Assembly (NCBI GenBank): GCA_000165425.1
Contig: CT868649.1
Coordinates: forward strand, 1 to 64,000
Length of the DNA stretch: 64,000 bases
Reading direction: 5' to 3'
From: Paramecium tetraurelia
Lineage: Eukaryota
Of the stretch, positions 41,901 to 56,084 are shown in pieces; position 1 is the stretch's first letter; every line of letters starts with the position of its first letter. The notes beneath the pieces were generated by a model, which was given only the letters and a program-made list of their open reading frames with translations, was not told the origin of the DNA and did not search any database. Made by a program: the position numbers and the translations under genes.

Positions 41901-44497
41901 TCATGCATTAAATTATGGAAGTTTATTAATTGTTATTTCTAATTCATTGCAATGAATTTAAACTAGATCATTATCTTTACTTTTTCTATATTCAATGAGT
42001 GTTGATTCTTTAAAATTTTAAGACTCCATTTAGTACAAATCTAAATCAATGATTAGAATAGTATATAAGCACAATAACTTTGATTAGATCCAATCCCTCT
42101 CTGAGAACTAGTTATTCTGTAAATTACCAGCTTAGGCTTTAGTTAGAGAGGACTTAATCTTCGGATATAATTAGGTATATAGATATTTTTATGTTTAAAT
42201 CTTTGTGCTAGTCTTGATATTTAAATTTAGTTATGGCCCTAACTTCTATTAAGATACATCTTCCATTGTGATAAGATAGCTACAAGCCTTCTCCAAATAG
42301 AGTTAAAATTCCTACTCTACATTATCATTTTATTATGTTATAGTAGCTTACAGTTATTAATACTATTGAGTTGCTTTAAATGCGATGAAATCTGGTAAAT
42401 CAAATATATTCTTTTCCTGTTATACATCTTGAAGAAGAAGTCTTCTAATTACATATCCTCTCTAATCGTTATTTGTATTAATACTTTATAAACTAAGGTA
42501 AGTGGAACAATCCATTATTTGCCTTATGACATTAACTTTTGATTCAAGTCATTAACAGTGAGAATAATATATTCTATAATTGATAAATAATGAAAATATC
42601 TAATATAGATAAATTAATACTTTTTTATATAATCAGCAAACTTTACGTTTTATTAAATTTGATTATCCTAATTTCTATTTAATTAATCTGAAGGATTTAA
42701 AAATTTCGGATCCTAGAAATCCAAAATTTCTAAATTTTAAGCATTTTATTAATATTAATCATTATTTCCTTATTTATCTTTTTAATCTAAATTAGGTTTC
42801 TGTGTTATTATTTGATAGTCCTAAAAAGGTCTTTTGATGAATTCTTATTTTTTACCTTAAACCTATTAATTATTCTATTGAGTCTAAATTGTATTTTAAT
42901 TAGAGTTAGCTTAATCCTATAATAATAAAACTTCAATTTTATCATCTTCCTTTTTATTTAATTATCCATGAGCAGGTGTTTTTAACTTATTTTGTTTCAA
43001 AACCTTTTATTATTTATTTTAATAATCAGATTATTCTTCCATATCTATATTTATGGTTTCTTTTAATTATGAATTAGACATATTTATAAAAGGAGATTTA
43101 AAATTATCTTGATTAATTTGTGCATTTGGGATTTGAGTATTATAAATTTTTTCAGTTTAGTTTGAATTTGGAACATTTAAATATGATAAATTATTTATTT
43201 GTTAGTTAGGTTGATTTCTCGTTGAGATATCATTGTTTGAATGTTTTACAATTTTTTAAGCATTTGCTACATGATTCATAACAGGTTTATTTACAATTAT
43301 ATCAGGTATTTGAGATCCATCAGACATAAATGGAGAATTTTTCTCTAATTTTTGTACTTATTAAGTTTTACTAGAGTCTCTACTTAGAACTGGCTATTAC
43401 AACTTTTGTTGAGAGAGTACAGACTTTTAATAAAAGAAATAATTTTAGGTTTTATTGTTCGAGATTACACTTTATTAAGAGTATCTTTATCCATTACCAT
43501 TTTAATAAAATGATTGCTAGGTAACATTATCCTTATTTATATTAGAGGCAGATTATTTTTTATTTTATAGATTTTTAGTCATAGTTGCTGATGCAAAATC
43601 ATAGGATGAGCATTTATAATTGGAAATTGGAATTTATCTTTTTTATTTTTAAATGGCTGCTCTGACGGATTCATTATGAATTGAATCTTATTAATTATAA
43701 GCTTGGTAGTTTTATTATTTAATAGCCCTTTATGATGAATGAAAACTAGTTGTGTTATTTGAAGGAATGATAGTATTTGTAAAATCTATTACACTAGAAC
43801 TATGTTTCTTCACCTATTTTTTTGAATAAAACTATCTCCACTAGCCGACTTCTTAAAATGTGGGTCTTTGAGATGGATCCAATTTAACCATTTTGAGGAT
43901 TGATTCTAAAATATCATAGCTTAAGTGATTATTTTCTGCTTCTTATTTGATATAATAATCAATTTAATACTAATCCTTGCATTAATAGATTTTATCAGTC
44001 ATGTATTTTGGGCAGTTAAGATTTAATAACAATAAACCAAAGAGATAGGTTTTAGTTTTTGTTGTGAATTCGAAATCTCTGTATTTTTTATTTACAAAAT
44101 CACTTATTCCATAATCCAAAACAAATATCTAACCATCATATGTAAAAATGAAATCGGGGTCGAAATCTAAATTCCCATCTAAAATGGAATATTTTTGATA
44201 CAATTGTTAATAAAGGGATTTCAATGACTCAATTTTTATCTATTATTCCAAATTTATCCAAAAAGCACTATCTAAATAAGAAATTAGTATTGCTTCCTTA
44301 GATTCTATTTTCTCAAACACAAAGTCCAACTGTTTTTGTCTAAAACTTATTTAGTCAATCATTTCTTAGGTTAAATATTATCTTGGAAATATGTGCAACA
44401 GATAAACTTATCCATTTTGATGTCTTCCTCGATATAGCTGTTAATATGGAGATAATTTATTTATAGGCAATTCAATTTCATAAGAACTGATATTCAT
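41901..44497 (-). CDS. Pseudokinase with Q/N-rich linker and C-terminal helical domain
   Basis: Kinase-like layout with degenerate motifs (YLLHIF, LDFDPDFIF, VLDYG, MVKLDPSQRP); frame continues through introns at ~42600 and ~42470. Confidence 0.7.
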
Positions 44498-44556
44498 TTT
44501 AGATGTATTTATTTAACTAATAATTTTTATTAATTTAGGGATTTATAATGATTTTA

Positions 44557-46011
44557 TCATAATGTTTAATTTTATTCAATATTTTCTAAAATATTGGGGT
44601 AAAGCCTCTTGTGAGCATCAATTGCCCAAACATAATCTAAATGAGCATAATCATTTATTATTTTTATCTAAAGAGTGGATGGGTCAAATAATGGGATGGT
44701 TTTTTGAAGATCTTTTTCATCAGCAATAACATCTTTGGATCCAATATAAAAATATTTTGGTATTTTTAATTAACAAAGATTTTCAACATTATATTTTGGA
44801 GGAACAGATTAACCATATTCAGTGATATTTCTGGATCTACCATAATCAAAATATGAAAAGGTTCCATTTCTATAGAATTACATCCTAACTCAATAACCAA
44901 ATACTTTTACCATTAAACTAATGTTTTTGTAGATGTACCCCCAGGTTCATGTGACACCATAAATCCAAACTTCTTAAGGTCTATTTTGTTTTATAATGGA
45001 TATCCACAAATCAGATTGGTAATAGAGAACAAGAATTTTCTATAGATCCAAGGAATCATATCACAAAGTGCTCCAATTTTTAAATTGAAGCAATCATCAA
45101 AAACAAAAAAGTAAGGTATGCCAATTAATCTGGTAAATTCAAATATCCATGTCTTTACAGCAAATTAAAGAAATACTGATTTCTATTATAATAATATTAT
45201 ATTAAATACTGAATTCTTAATATAAATAACAGGTCCCAAGGCAATAAAGCATTTCAGATTTTCTTAGAAATCAATATTATTTGACAAGTATGCAAATGCT
45301 TAAGTTGAACCTTAGGAATGACCTATGTAAATTACCTTCTCCTTTTAAGAAGCTCTCTTTACATGGTTTACGATTGCTTTGAAATCGTATTTCTATATAT
45401 CATCAAAACTGAAATTCCAATATTATTTATTGTATTGAACTCCTGGAATCTTGCTGTGTCCCATAGAATATTTATTTCCTCTATTATTGGTCAGCCAAAC
45501 ATCATAACCTTTATCTGCTAAGATATAAGGTAGAGTTTGTTCATTAGTGTTGTTAATAAACCAAGACCATGAACTATCAAGCAAGCCATGTTGGAGTACA
45601 CTAAGGATATATATATGATATATTTACATAGGACATTGATATTCCTTGTTAATTGTTTTATACAATCTCCAGGCTGTGAGAATGTATCCATCTTCTGTTA
45701 AGATTTGATGAATTTCCAAATTATATCCTTTCTCTGTAATCATGTCAGCTTTAAAAATAATGTAGAATAATACTTGCTGATGTGTATACTCCTGGATAAG
45801 GTCGTAACTCATTGACCTTGATTCTGACTTGATTTATGAAATTTTTATTTCTTATTTCACAATCTCTTACAAATAGTGAAAGGATAAAATCTGTGAATTC
45901 GATTGTTGAATAAGTGAAATAGTACAAAAAGGATAGTCCAAAGCCAAGTAATGGTTTTATAATCCAAACAAATAAGTTAAAGAAAACTATTTGAATTAGA
46001 TTTAATAACAT
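44557..46011 (-). CDS. AB-hydrolase lipase (acid/gastric lipase family)
   Basis: TEDGYILTAWR, LQHGLLDSS, GHSQG, HAHLDYVWA; alternative start at 46053. Confidence 0.93.
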
Positions 46012-46349
46012 AATATTATTAAAATTAAAAAAAAATAAATTCTTCAGAAGCATGCTTGCATTTATTCAATTCATTATGAATATTCTTAGAATTCTTATTA
46101 CAATTGAAAAATAAGATCATTAATAATTCATATTTGAAAAAGAGGAAAACCTAGATATTATTAATTTAAATTCAATTACTCTCTAATAATTATATAACTG
46201 ATTTCAATTCTTAAATTGAAGGATTTAACCATCTTCTCCATATAGGATTATTTAATAATAATAATAAAAAAGTGAGAGGATCATACCTTAGAATTAGAAA
46301 CTATGTTAAAATACGATAATTTAATATATGATATGATTATTCTAACAAA

Positions 46350-47053
46350 TCATTTTCTAAGGGCTTAGAAGATCTTCAATTTATCTAATTTACCATGTTA
46401 TCTCAATTTTTGAACGTGAGTACCATAGTATTATAATTCATCCTAAATTATTAATTTATGGTATTACATTAGCCTTATATTTGAGATAGTCAGATCTGAA
46501 ATAGTTAGTGAATCCCCATTTGGCTGAGACAACAATCTTTTATCTTCCTGGGAACTTGTTCTTTCCTCTTCTCAAAGCTTCCATAGCATGATTGATTGAA
46601 GCATCCTTGCATCTCAAAGAGTAGAGAATGCTGCCAATTTTGACTCTGGCGCATAAACCATTTGGTTTACCGAAGGCACCTCTCATACCGGTTTAAAGTC
46701 TATCTGCACCAGCACATGAAAGCATTTTGTTGATTCTGAGTACGTGCCATGGGTGGACTCTGCATCTAAGATGGAATGCGTCTTTTCCGACTTTCTTAAT
46801 CATATATTTGTTGATGGCAACTCTGCATGCTTCTAAGGCTTCTGATGAGATTTATTCCTTTTCATCTGAAACAATGTGGATGGCAGCCTAATTCATATTA
46901 ATTATTCAATACTGGGAATTCGTCAACGTTGGCCTTCTTTCTTCCGACATCATAGATTCTAATTTTAGCATCTGGCACACCTCTGTTGTATCTGGATTTG
47001 GGGAATGGTTTACCATTACTCACTCTGTAGCATCTTGCTGGTCTTCTGCCCAT
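46350..47053 (-). CDS. RPL10: 60S ribosomal protein L10 (uL16)
   Basis: [35 protein letters not shown]; two introns. Confidence 0.99.
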
Positions 47054-47483
47054 TTTTATTTAAAAAAATATAAAAGATTAAAAATTTTTTTGAAATCGAT
47101 CAACCACTTTCTCATTTATATTTATATTATATCCATAAATCCAAATTTCGAAACGAATCTAAAATCTCCTTAAAATTCTGTAGATTATAATAATCATTGA
47201 GGTGAAAGAACGTTATTATATGATTCTCCGAGCATCAAAAGTATTCATTTCATTTAAGATATCTTCAAAAAAACTAAAAACTTATATAATTTGTAATTTT
47301 GATGATCAAAGTAAATGATATCAACAATTAGATGTCAATATCAATATCAGTTTTTACTTTAAACATTGTTATATTCTTTACAAATCTATATAGGATATAG
47401 ATTTTAATGGATAAAATGAATAGAAATTTAAATAGAAAATGTAAATAACAAATAAAATTGACTAAAATGAAAGATATTAATCA

Positions 47484-48764
47484 TCACTTAATTATGTAAT
47501 CAAGTAATTGATCTAATTACATTTGAGCTACATTGAACTCTCTTAAATTCGACTATTCGGATGCATCAACCAAATATTCAAGTAAATACTTGAGCTCCAA
47601 ATCATCCACATTATCATTCCATTCTAAGATTGGAATTCCGTTGTCTATCTGAAGTCCAAAAGAATGGACTAGATTATCAACGAATAAAGTCTTATTAAGA
47701 TCTAAATCGGTAATAATTCTTAAATCTTTAATAAAGAATCCATTTTTGGTTTCCATGCAGTTAGTTCTGTTGAGAATCCCACTAATATACTGTCTTTTGG
47801 GATCAAGATAGTTTACAATAGCGGATGCGTACTATTATGAAGATGCTGTGTAGATGTAGACAGTATAAAATTGTGATAGTTCTTACAAAAAATATTAGGT
47901 ATATGGTCTAATATTGATACCAATCTAGGATAATGAAATATATTTACTTCTGTTTCGCTGCCATCATCATTTATCTAGTTAATTTTGACTTACGAGTTAT
48001 CTTTTGAGAGACTGGCGTGAACAAGGGTTTCATCAAGATCCAAAAAGATTGTATTCAATATTTAGGGATTATTTCTATTAAGAGAAATCTTTTTCTTTTC
48101 AATAAATTAATCAGATGGACCTTTTAAACATCTTTTTGAATATATTAGACCTCTCTGAGTTATACGTAAGTGTTTATCGAAGGTCTCTTCTGATATGGTT
48201 GGATTGAAGACAAGGTGTCGAAATGGATGATCAATTAGTTTGTCCTATTTGGATTCTCCAACCTTTTAAAAATTTCTCATTGAAATAGGCTTGGATTTGA
48301 TTTATTTCAGTTTTGGGTTCACTTTTATTTTTTCCTCAATCTTTTTCAATTGCTCTTCCATTGCTTTTGTCTAGTCACCGATTACCAGGGCCGATTGAAT
48401 TTGATGTTATTAGCTCTCCTTGTCTATTATTTCTGGTTCTTCGTCTTTATCTCCTTCATTCACTGTTATTATTCTTTAAGTACTGAATCTAGATAATTTT
48501 GGAACTACAATGATAATGAGAGGAATTACTTTTAACTTATTTCATAGATTCTTGTTTTTGTGAACTTTTACAAGTTTGATCGTTTTCGGGTGAAAAATTA
48601 GTAGGAGACATCCCTTATAATGGTTTTGGCTTAGGCTTTGGGGTAAAATCAGATGACAATGCCGTATCCCTATCATCTTCACTTTAAAAAGACAGTTTTG
48701 ATCCAGGTGAAGATCGAAAATATAATGATTTAGGACTGGGCCTCATGTTTAAAAGCTAATCCAT
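47484..48764 (-). CDS. NIF/CTD small phosphatase-like (HAD) protein
   Basis: FLDLDETLVH, IRPY, YTASS..YA, FFIKDL, FVDN. Confidence 0.93.
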
Positions 48765-49264
48765 TAAAATAATTGATTAATTATTGAATAATTCATAAAA
48801 ATGTAAAATCGGATTTAAATTTAAGGCAAACAAAAAATAAACTCCATGTTGCATCATGATAAAAAAATAATTAAATATTATGAATTTAAGTTTATCAATA
48901 AATAATTTATATATGAATAGTATAAAGAGTATATAAATTTAAGTAAAATACTATTACAGACATTGTACTTTAATAATTGATATATTTATCCAATTATAAT
49001 TACTAATTGAGTAATAATGTTGAACATCCATCTTCCTTCTCTATAGCGCTTAAAATCCTGTAATTATGATATTCGTTGGAGTGTCATTTAATAGAATCAA
49101 ATTAAATGAAGTTTTTCTTAAATATAAATTTAAATTGGGTATTTATAATAATAATTTATTTTTAAATTAGTTCAATAGAAACTAAAATTTTAGTTGACCT
49201 TATATTATTCAAAATCTCCATCAATTCAATCAATGAACCCTCTTTAATTAATTTATATCAAAAT

Positions 49265-51280
49265 ATGTTCAAAACTCCAACTTATTTGCCTTAACATCTT
49301 CTTTCATAAGGTATATATTGTAATTTACAAATGTGAAGTTGAAGGTGCTAGAGGGCGTAATGAGAAAAGAAAAGCAATAGATCATTATTCTTATGCTATC
49401 GACCAAGAAATAGGTAAAGGATTCAGTAGCAGAGTTTATAAAGGAAGAGATGAAAGAACCTTATAGAATGTAGCTATTAAAGTATAAAAATATCTTCGTA
49501 TTAGGTGATCGACATGAAGTAACAGATACACACACAATTATTAAAAAATGAGATCAGAGCGTTGAAATCATTCAGTCACAAGAATATCCTTAAGCTTTTT
49601 GATGTATATTAAACAGAAAATAACACATATATCATCACAGAATTCTGTGATTCGGTATTTCCTGATTTTATGAAGGGAGATCTAGAAAAATTTTTAAGGA
49701 AAAATTTGAAAATCAAAGAACCAGAAGCTATTAGAATATTATAGGCAATTGTTCATGCAATAAATGAAATAAATCTTAAAGGATTTATCCACAGAGACAT
49801 TAAACCAGCTAATATTCTCTTAAGTGGGAATGAACCAAAATTAGCTGATTTTGGATTTGCTATACCTATTTGGTAAGCGAGGATTTAGTAAAGAAATATC
49901 AATGTAGGCACTCCTCTATATATGTCGCCATAAGCATTAGGAGATTATGACTATTCTGAAAAAGGGGATGTATGGGCTGTAGGAGTAGTGTATTTTGAGA
50001 TGCTTTTTGGTAAAAAGTTGTTAAATTTAATTTAGGTAGAACCCCTTTTAATGCTCAATCAGAAGCAGCATTATTATCTAATATACTGAATTAACAATTA
50101 ATCATACCTTAGACACCATCAGTTTCAGAGTTGTCAAAAGATTTCATTAAAAAATGCTTATAAAAAGATGATTATTTAAGATTCAATGTGAAAGATATGT
50201 TTGAACATCAAATTATATAATCTAAACATTTCTATAGTTTTTTGTAGGAAGATCCTTTCTAAGAAATTACAAACATTACTTCATCCATTAACACTTTAGT
50301 AAAAAAGAATAAAAGAAGCTAAACTCAATATTTCAAAAGAATTTCAACCAAAGATTATAGCACTCTTTAGATTGATTTATAAGAATAGAATGAAAAATGC
50401 TAAGTTTAAAAGGAAGTAAGTTCAAGATCATCTAGTTAAAATTAGATGTAATTGCAATCATAAAAAATGAAGCATTCTTCAAATACTTCATATCAATAAA
50501 CTAATAATAACATTAGGAGGCAATAAAATTCCTAATTAAGTGCTGAATTTAAGGCTAACAATGAAATTCTGTTATTTTATTTAAACTATTGTCGATACTT
50601 ATTTAAGTTTTCATTACATTTAGCCAATTCTAAATTTTTTTAATTTGAATATCGAGATAAGATTTTGCTAATCTTAGGGAAATGTATAGTCATAAAAATC
50701 TGCCAATTATCTTAACTCATGGATAAAGAAAATAAACTGGATAATTATTTTTCGCTTTTGGATTATGATAAGTACAAAGAAAGTGAATAATTTAACGAAT
50801 TTTGTTCAGCAATTTCTGAATATTAATTAAAATATATGAAGCACTTTTAGAATACCTTGGTATAAGCTCTTAGAAATAGTAAATAGTATTTTCTTAAAAT
50901 AAGATTTTCAAATCGATCCAATTATAGGTTCTTCTTGTAATGATTGTCTAAATGAGAGTAATACTGTATATGAGATTGCTATGTATTATATAGACATGGG
51001 TCTTAATAGGCTGCTATTGAATTTACACTAACTAACAGGATAGAGATCATCGGATAGCAAAAGAAATTCTGATGTAAAAATTGAATAATTTTAGCCATAA
51101 TAAATTTTATTTATTGTCGAAGGGTTGAACAACTGTAAGGAATTAATCTTGATGATTTAGTAATGCAAATAAGATTACGGAAAATTCTATGATAGATTTT
51201 CAATTGATAGAATAATAGGACAGAGAGTAGATCCAATTAATTATAAGTTAACCGAATAATAAATTTAGAATTAATTTTGA
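49265..51280 (+). CDS. Ser/Thr protein kinase with C-terminal helical domain
   Basis: GKGFSSRVYKG, VAIK, HRDIKPAN, DFG, VGTPLYMSPQ; 3' end slightly uncertain. Confidence 0.9.
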
Positions 51281-51377
51281 AATATATAATATCTTTTATA
51301 AAAAGGCTATGAAATTATCAATATGATGAAATATAGATTGAATTAATTGTGAATTATGTAGATAATAAAAATTTTTA

Positions 51378-54300
51378 TCATTATTTTTCTGTAAGTTCAA
51401 TTTCACTATTCTCCTCTTTTTCAGTTGGATAACTCCTAATTTAACGAAGAATTGATTTAAATTACAAGAACTACATATTATATTATTGTGTTACTTCGTC
51501 AAAAGATGAATAATGATTTCGCTAATCTTAACTTCTAAATAGTGTGATCCAATTAAAATATTTATCGTTAATGAATTTAAATAAGTATCTAAATAAGATG
51601 ATTTAAATATTACGTGACAACACAACCAAAAGAGGATAACAAAAGAGACCCAAAATATTCTTTCAAAGTAAGTTTAGATAAGTTAAAAATAAAATTACAA
51701 TGTTCCCTAAATATAAAATAAATATCTTCTTACACCACAAGATATTGCATCACAAATATTAACACAAGCTAAATGATTAACTTTGTTCTTTCTCTTTTGT
51801 TATTTGAAATGCATATATCAGTTTTGCGAATTTTATGAGAAATCAATAAATTGAAGATCTGAAGGTATACAAAAGTATTAAATAGTAGGGTATGTGATTT
51901 CAAGTCAAAGTGATAGCAATTCAAGCCGTTTTTCATTGCAATGTACTTTTAAGTTGAGAGTTAAATCATAAACAAAACCAGCAATTGATAGATTATTTAT
52001 GAAATGATATTTCTCCACATATTGGATGTAATCAAATGGTATCTCTCGTTTTATTATCTTTCGTATAATCTTCTACTGGCTATGGAATTAAAATGTAAAT
52101 TTACGTATTTCTGTGGCATACATGAAGAAAGCTGTAAAATCAACAATGAATGTGATCCATAATAATTAGGTCTAATTAAAATAGTGGAAGATGCTAAAGG
52201 TTTGTAGGATGGATAAGGATAAGAGAAGAGCTATTTTAAATTAAATGAATTTTCTAACTGCATCAAAAATGTTCCTTCCCCAATCTATTGAATAAATAAC
52301 AGAAGAAAAGTTATCATCTAAAATGGAGACACTAACCATATAATTATACTGTTGAATTATTTTTGAGTTCTGACAGAAACCAACATCAGCAAGTCGATAA
52401 AATGCAGGTTCATCACTATGACTGAAGACTCCAACAACGTAATTCAATTCCTTTAATCCTTGTATGATGGCCAATTTCTCATCTAGACTTGCTCTAACTA
52501 GAACTCTCAACTCAGCAGCAACCTAAGCGAAGGCATCCATATCACCGATTTTTGGTATAATTTGACCATCTTATTTTTTGTAAGTGATTCCTTTTACTAA
52601 ATCATTTAAAATCTTTCCAGTCATTACCTTCTTGGAGTCCTTCTGATGCTAATAGTTCATTGGTAATATTCCACATTTCTTACTTAAGGATATTGAACAT
52701 TCTAGACTCTCATTCGTTATCATTCTCACTATAACTCCTGCTTCTTTGCATTATTAAATTGACCTTTACACTCCCTATCTTATTTCATCCTCTAAAGCTA
52801 GTAATGCCACGAAGATCAATTGTTTCTCCATCTATTTTTCAGACAGTTACTTAGGATTTAGATTGTTCTCTATGGTTTTATAGGCTAAACACAAGGGTCT
52901 GTAACTTTCTTCACCAAATTTCTTGATTTAATTGTAGATTTACTGTCTGTATTACTCAGTTAATCTTTAAGATATGAATTATAAAATACTTTTGAACTTC
53001 ACCCTTGCAGTTTATAAAGTCTGTGCAATTTTCTAAAATAATATCTGGAGCTCCCTTAGTGTATAATATATATTTATTTTATAATTAAATTAGCACACTC
53101 ATCATTTTTCTATCAGAATTAAATTTAAAATATTATACAATTTAATTTTAATAACTTTTCCTTATAGTAGTATAATCTTATCCTAATTCATGACAATATT
53201 CAAGTAGAGCACAATCGATTTCATTTCCAAATTTTTCAAAAACAGTAATATCATTAGATCTATAGCTAATTTTTGGATTGGCTGTTGAATTCAAACAAAT
53301 ATTCTCTTGGATTAATTGAATGGTTGAATATCTTAGTTTTTTAATATCGAATTTCATTAACAGTTATTCCTCAGCAAATATCTGTACCAATCTTGTATTC
53401 CCATTAGTTAATATCTAACTTTTACTTGTGCAAATATTATTGATTCTGCCCAATATTTCACAGGAACTCGGTCTTTGAAATTTGATGCGATCTCTTTTCA
53501 TTCTCTTTTAGTTATACTGAAGATAAGTGGATACAAATTTCTATAGATTGTCATTCATCACCATTAACAATAGCAAGATGGAAATCTAACTTTACTTTAT
53601 AATTGAATGAATGGAATCCACTAAATCAAAAGAGTATTCATAAATCGAAATATGATAACAATAATTAATAAATTGAATTACCAAAGGAATGATTGCTAAC
53701 ACAAAGAATAGTTTAATTAATTATTATTGTAAATAATTTAATCTTTCTTAAAGAGGCGTTGTGTATTCATGTTACAAATTCAAATCACATTTTTTCATAT
53801 GATAAGTATTGACTCCCACTGCCAAAACTAATAATTATCCATTGCCTTATATGACTTTAGAACCTGAACGTACAAATGGTAGTTTGTTAGTATTGGTATC
53901 AAAAAGCAAGGTTTAGTTCGATTAATTGGGTATAAGAATGCCATCTACTTCAATCAGCTGATCTTCTCCAAAGATGAGGATGTCTCCGACTACAATTTAG
54001 TCAGATGAAATATTAATGAGTCTATCTTTTCTCTTTAATTTAACTTTGCTGTTTTGAAATTGGCGTAAATTATTGAGCAGTTCCTGATTATCAGTTTTAA
54101 ATATTCTTATTAGCAGTTGCAATAAGGAGAATACCAGAATAAATAATGATTCCATTCTTTCCTATAATATTTTGTTTAGGTACATTTTTAGAGGCAGTAA
54201 ACATCATAGATAATGCTAATTTAGTTAGAGTGAGAGCAAAGAAGATTTGATGCCACTTATTCTTGATGATTTGAATGACTAACTATTAAATTTAGACAAT

Positions 54301-54581
54301 ATTTAAACTTGATATCTAATAGTTTGTGAATCATGTATTTTATGTGTGCCAAACCTATTATAATTCAAGATCTTTACTGCTTCTTTCGTTTGTTTAGATC
54401 GAAATGATTTGAAGAGTCGAGTCCCATCTTGAAATAAGAATAATGCATTCAATACCTGCAGATCGGTGTCCAACATTTTCGATAGAGAAGTTGCTGTATA
54501 TGAGGTGTTTTAAGAACTTATGATTTAGAATAAATCATTAGGAGTGATTGTAAAGTTGTGTAATAATGGTTATTTGTCCAT
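51378..54581 (-). CDS. PMCA-like (P2B) P-type ATPase with degenerate catalytic motifs
   Basis: IVVGDIL, LAVGVNT, TPLQERL, FNSDRKMMS, YTKGAPD, LRVLVRAS, SILDDNFSSV...WGRNIFDAVRKFIQFQ; ICTSKSQILT in place of ICSDKTGTLT. Confidence 0.88.
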
Positions 54582-54620
54582 TTATTATTATTTTTAATGT
54601 ACTTTTTAATAAATTATTAA

Positions 54621-55142
54621 TCACTTCTTCTTTCTTTCGACTCCGAGTGTTTAACCTCCTCTACCAGTGGTTTTGGTGTGTTGTCCTCTGACTCTCAATC
54701 CCCAATGATGTCTCAAACCACGATTACACCTTAACTTAATTTAATTGAAATACTTGATTTTCTTCATTCTTTCTAAATCTTCTCTTAATTTGGTTTCCAA
54801 TTCGTTTGTAGTGACTTAATAATTCTTGCCATCCTTGAAATCTCTTTGTCTATTCAAAAACCATCTTGGAATGTTGTAAGCCTCTGGGGATTTGATGACT
54901 TCTGTGATTTTGTGAGCTTCATCATCAGTCAATTCACCAGCTCTCTTTGAGAGATCAAGACGGAGAACCTATAGGATGAATAAACTCACATCAAATACCT
55001 TGCAAATTTAGATAGCAAATCTTCTGCCGATACCCTTGATACTTCTAATACCATAAGCAAGTCTTTATTTTCCATCAACGTTTGTGTTCAATATACGAAT
55101 AATGTGTCTGAATGAATCAGCCTTTTCCAACACCAAAGACAT
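54621..55142 (-). CDS. RPS18: 40S ribosomal protein S18 (uS13)
   Basis: FRHIIRILNTNVDG, IKGIGRRFA, RGLRHHWGLRVRGQHTKTTGR. Confidence 0.99.
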
Positions 55143-55560
55143 TTATTTGTATAAAAGATTTAATTTAATTTAAAATTTTAATGGCTGCTCGATTGCATGC
55201 AAATATTGCTTCCCAGAAACTCATTCCTTTCTTCTCTTTCTCTTTTTCATAAACTAACAACATATATCAATTGATCCCATCACCCATTCTTAGTCGCCTT
55301 CATGAAACACAAAGCCTACTTATTCTACACTATTGAAACCAGATCTAAGTAAAGAAAAAAAGATAAGTTTCCCTTTCTTAATGTAAAATAAATAATCAAT
55401 TATATGCTTGCTAATTTTAAGAAATCATAATTCTCCTAGAAATCCCTTATCTTATTTATTTTCATTTATTATACTTCAGAATTCAATTCAATAACATTGC
55501 ACAATGATATAATCTTAAAAAAAGAGATAATTATTAAGATGAATTTTAATTATAATATCT

Positions 55561-56016
55561 TCATTTTCCTCCGAACTTTATCTTTTATAAGAGGTAGTCA
55601 CATAGAGCAATTGGTATTCTGCTTTTGACTTCCTCCAAGGAAACCCACCTCTCAATGCCTTCTTCGTGTATATAGATCCAGAATTCAATTCTACCTTCAT
55701 TTTTCCTTAAGGATTTCACATAACCCTTTTCTGAACTTCTCTCCTTATGAGGAGTCAGCTTGGGTTTTTCAACTTCCATCATCTAATTAAGTTGTTCTTC
55801 AACTATTTTCATAGTTTTTGACTCAATCTTTTCAGAAGACTTCGAATTCTTTTTGTAATGTTCTTCCAATTCCCATTGATTTACTAGTGATAGCATTTCT
55901 GGTGTGAGTTCAATCATAGGTTCATAAGTAATTGAACCTGTATTCCATTGGATTTTGTATTCAATCCTTTCCTCTACTTTTTTTTTTAAAACTTAAACAG
56001 GGTGTTTAATTTGCAT
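55561..56016 (-). CDS. HP1-like chromodomain plus chromoshadow-like protein (151 aa)
   Basis: VLKKKVEERIEYKIQWNTGSITYEP at the N-terminus; RWVSLEEVKSRIPIALCDYLLQKIKF at the C-terminus. Confidence 0.72.
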
Positions 56017-56084
56017 ATATTAAATAATAACAGATATATCGATTATATATATAAATTATATATAACAGACAAAAATAATCGAGA

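Noticed and set aside
55181..55336. 51-aa ORF upstream of RPS18
   Set aside because: Short, no motif, more plausibly promoter or spacer DNA
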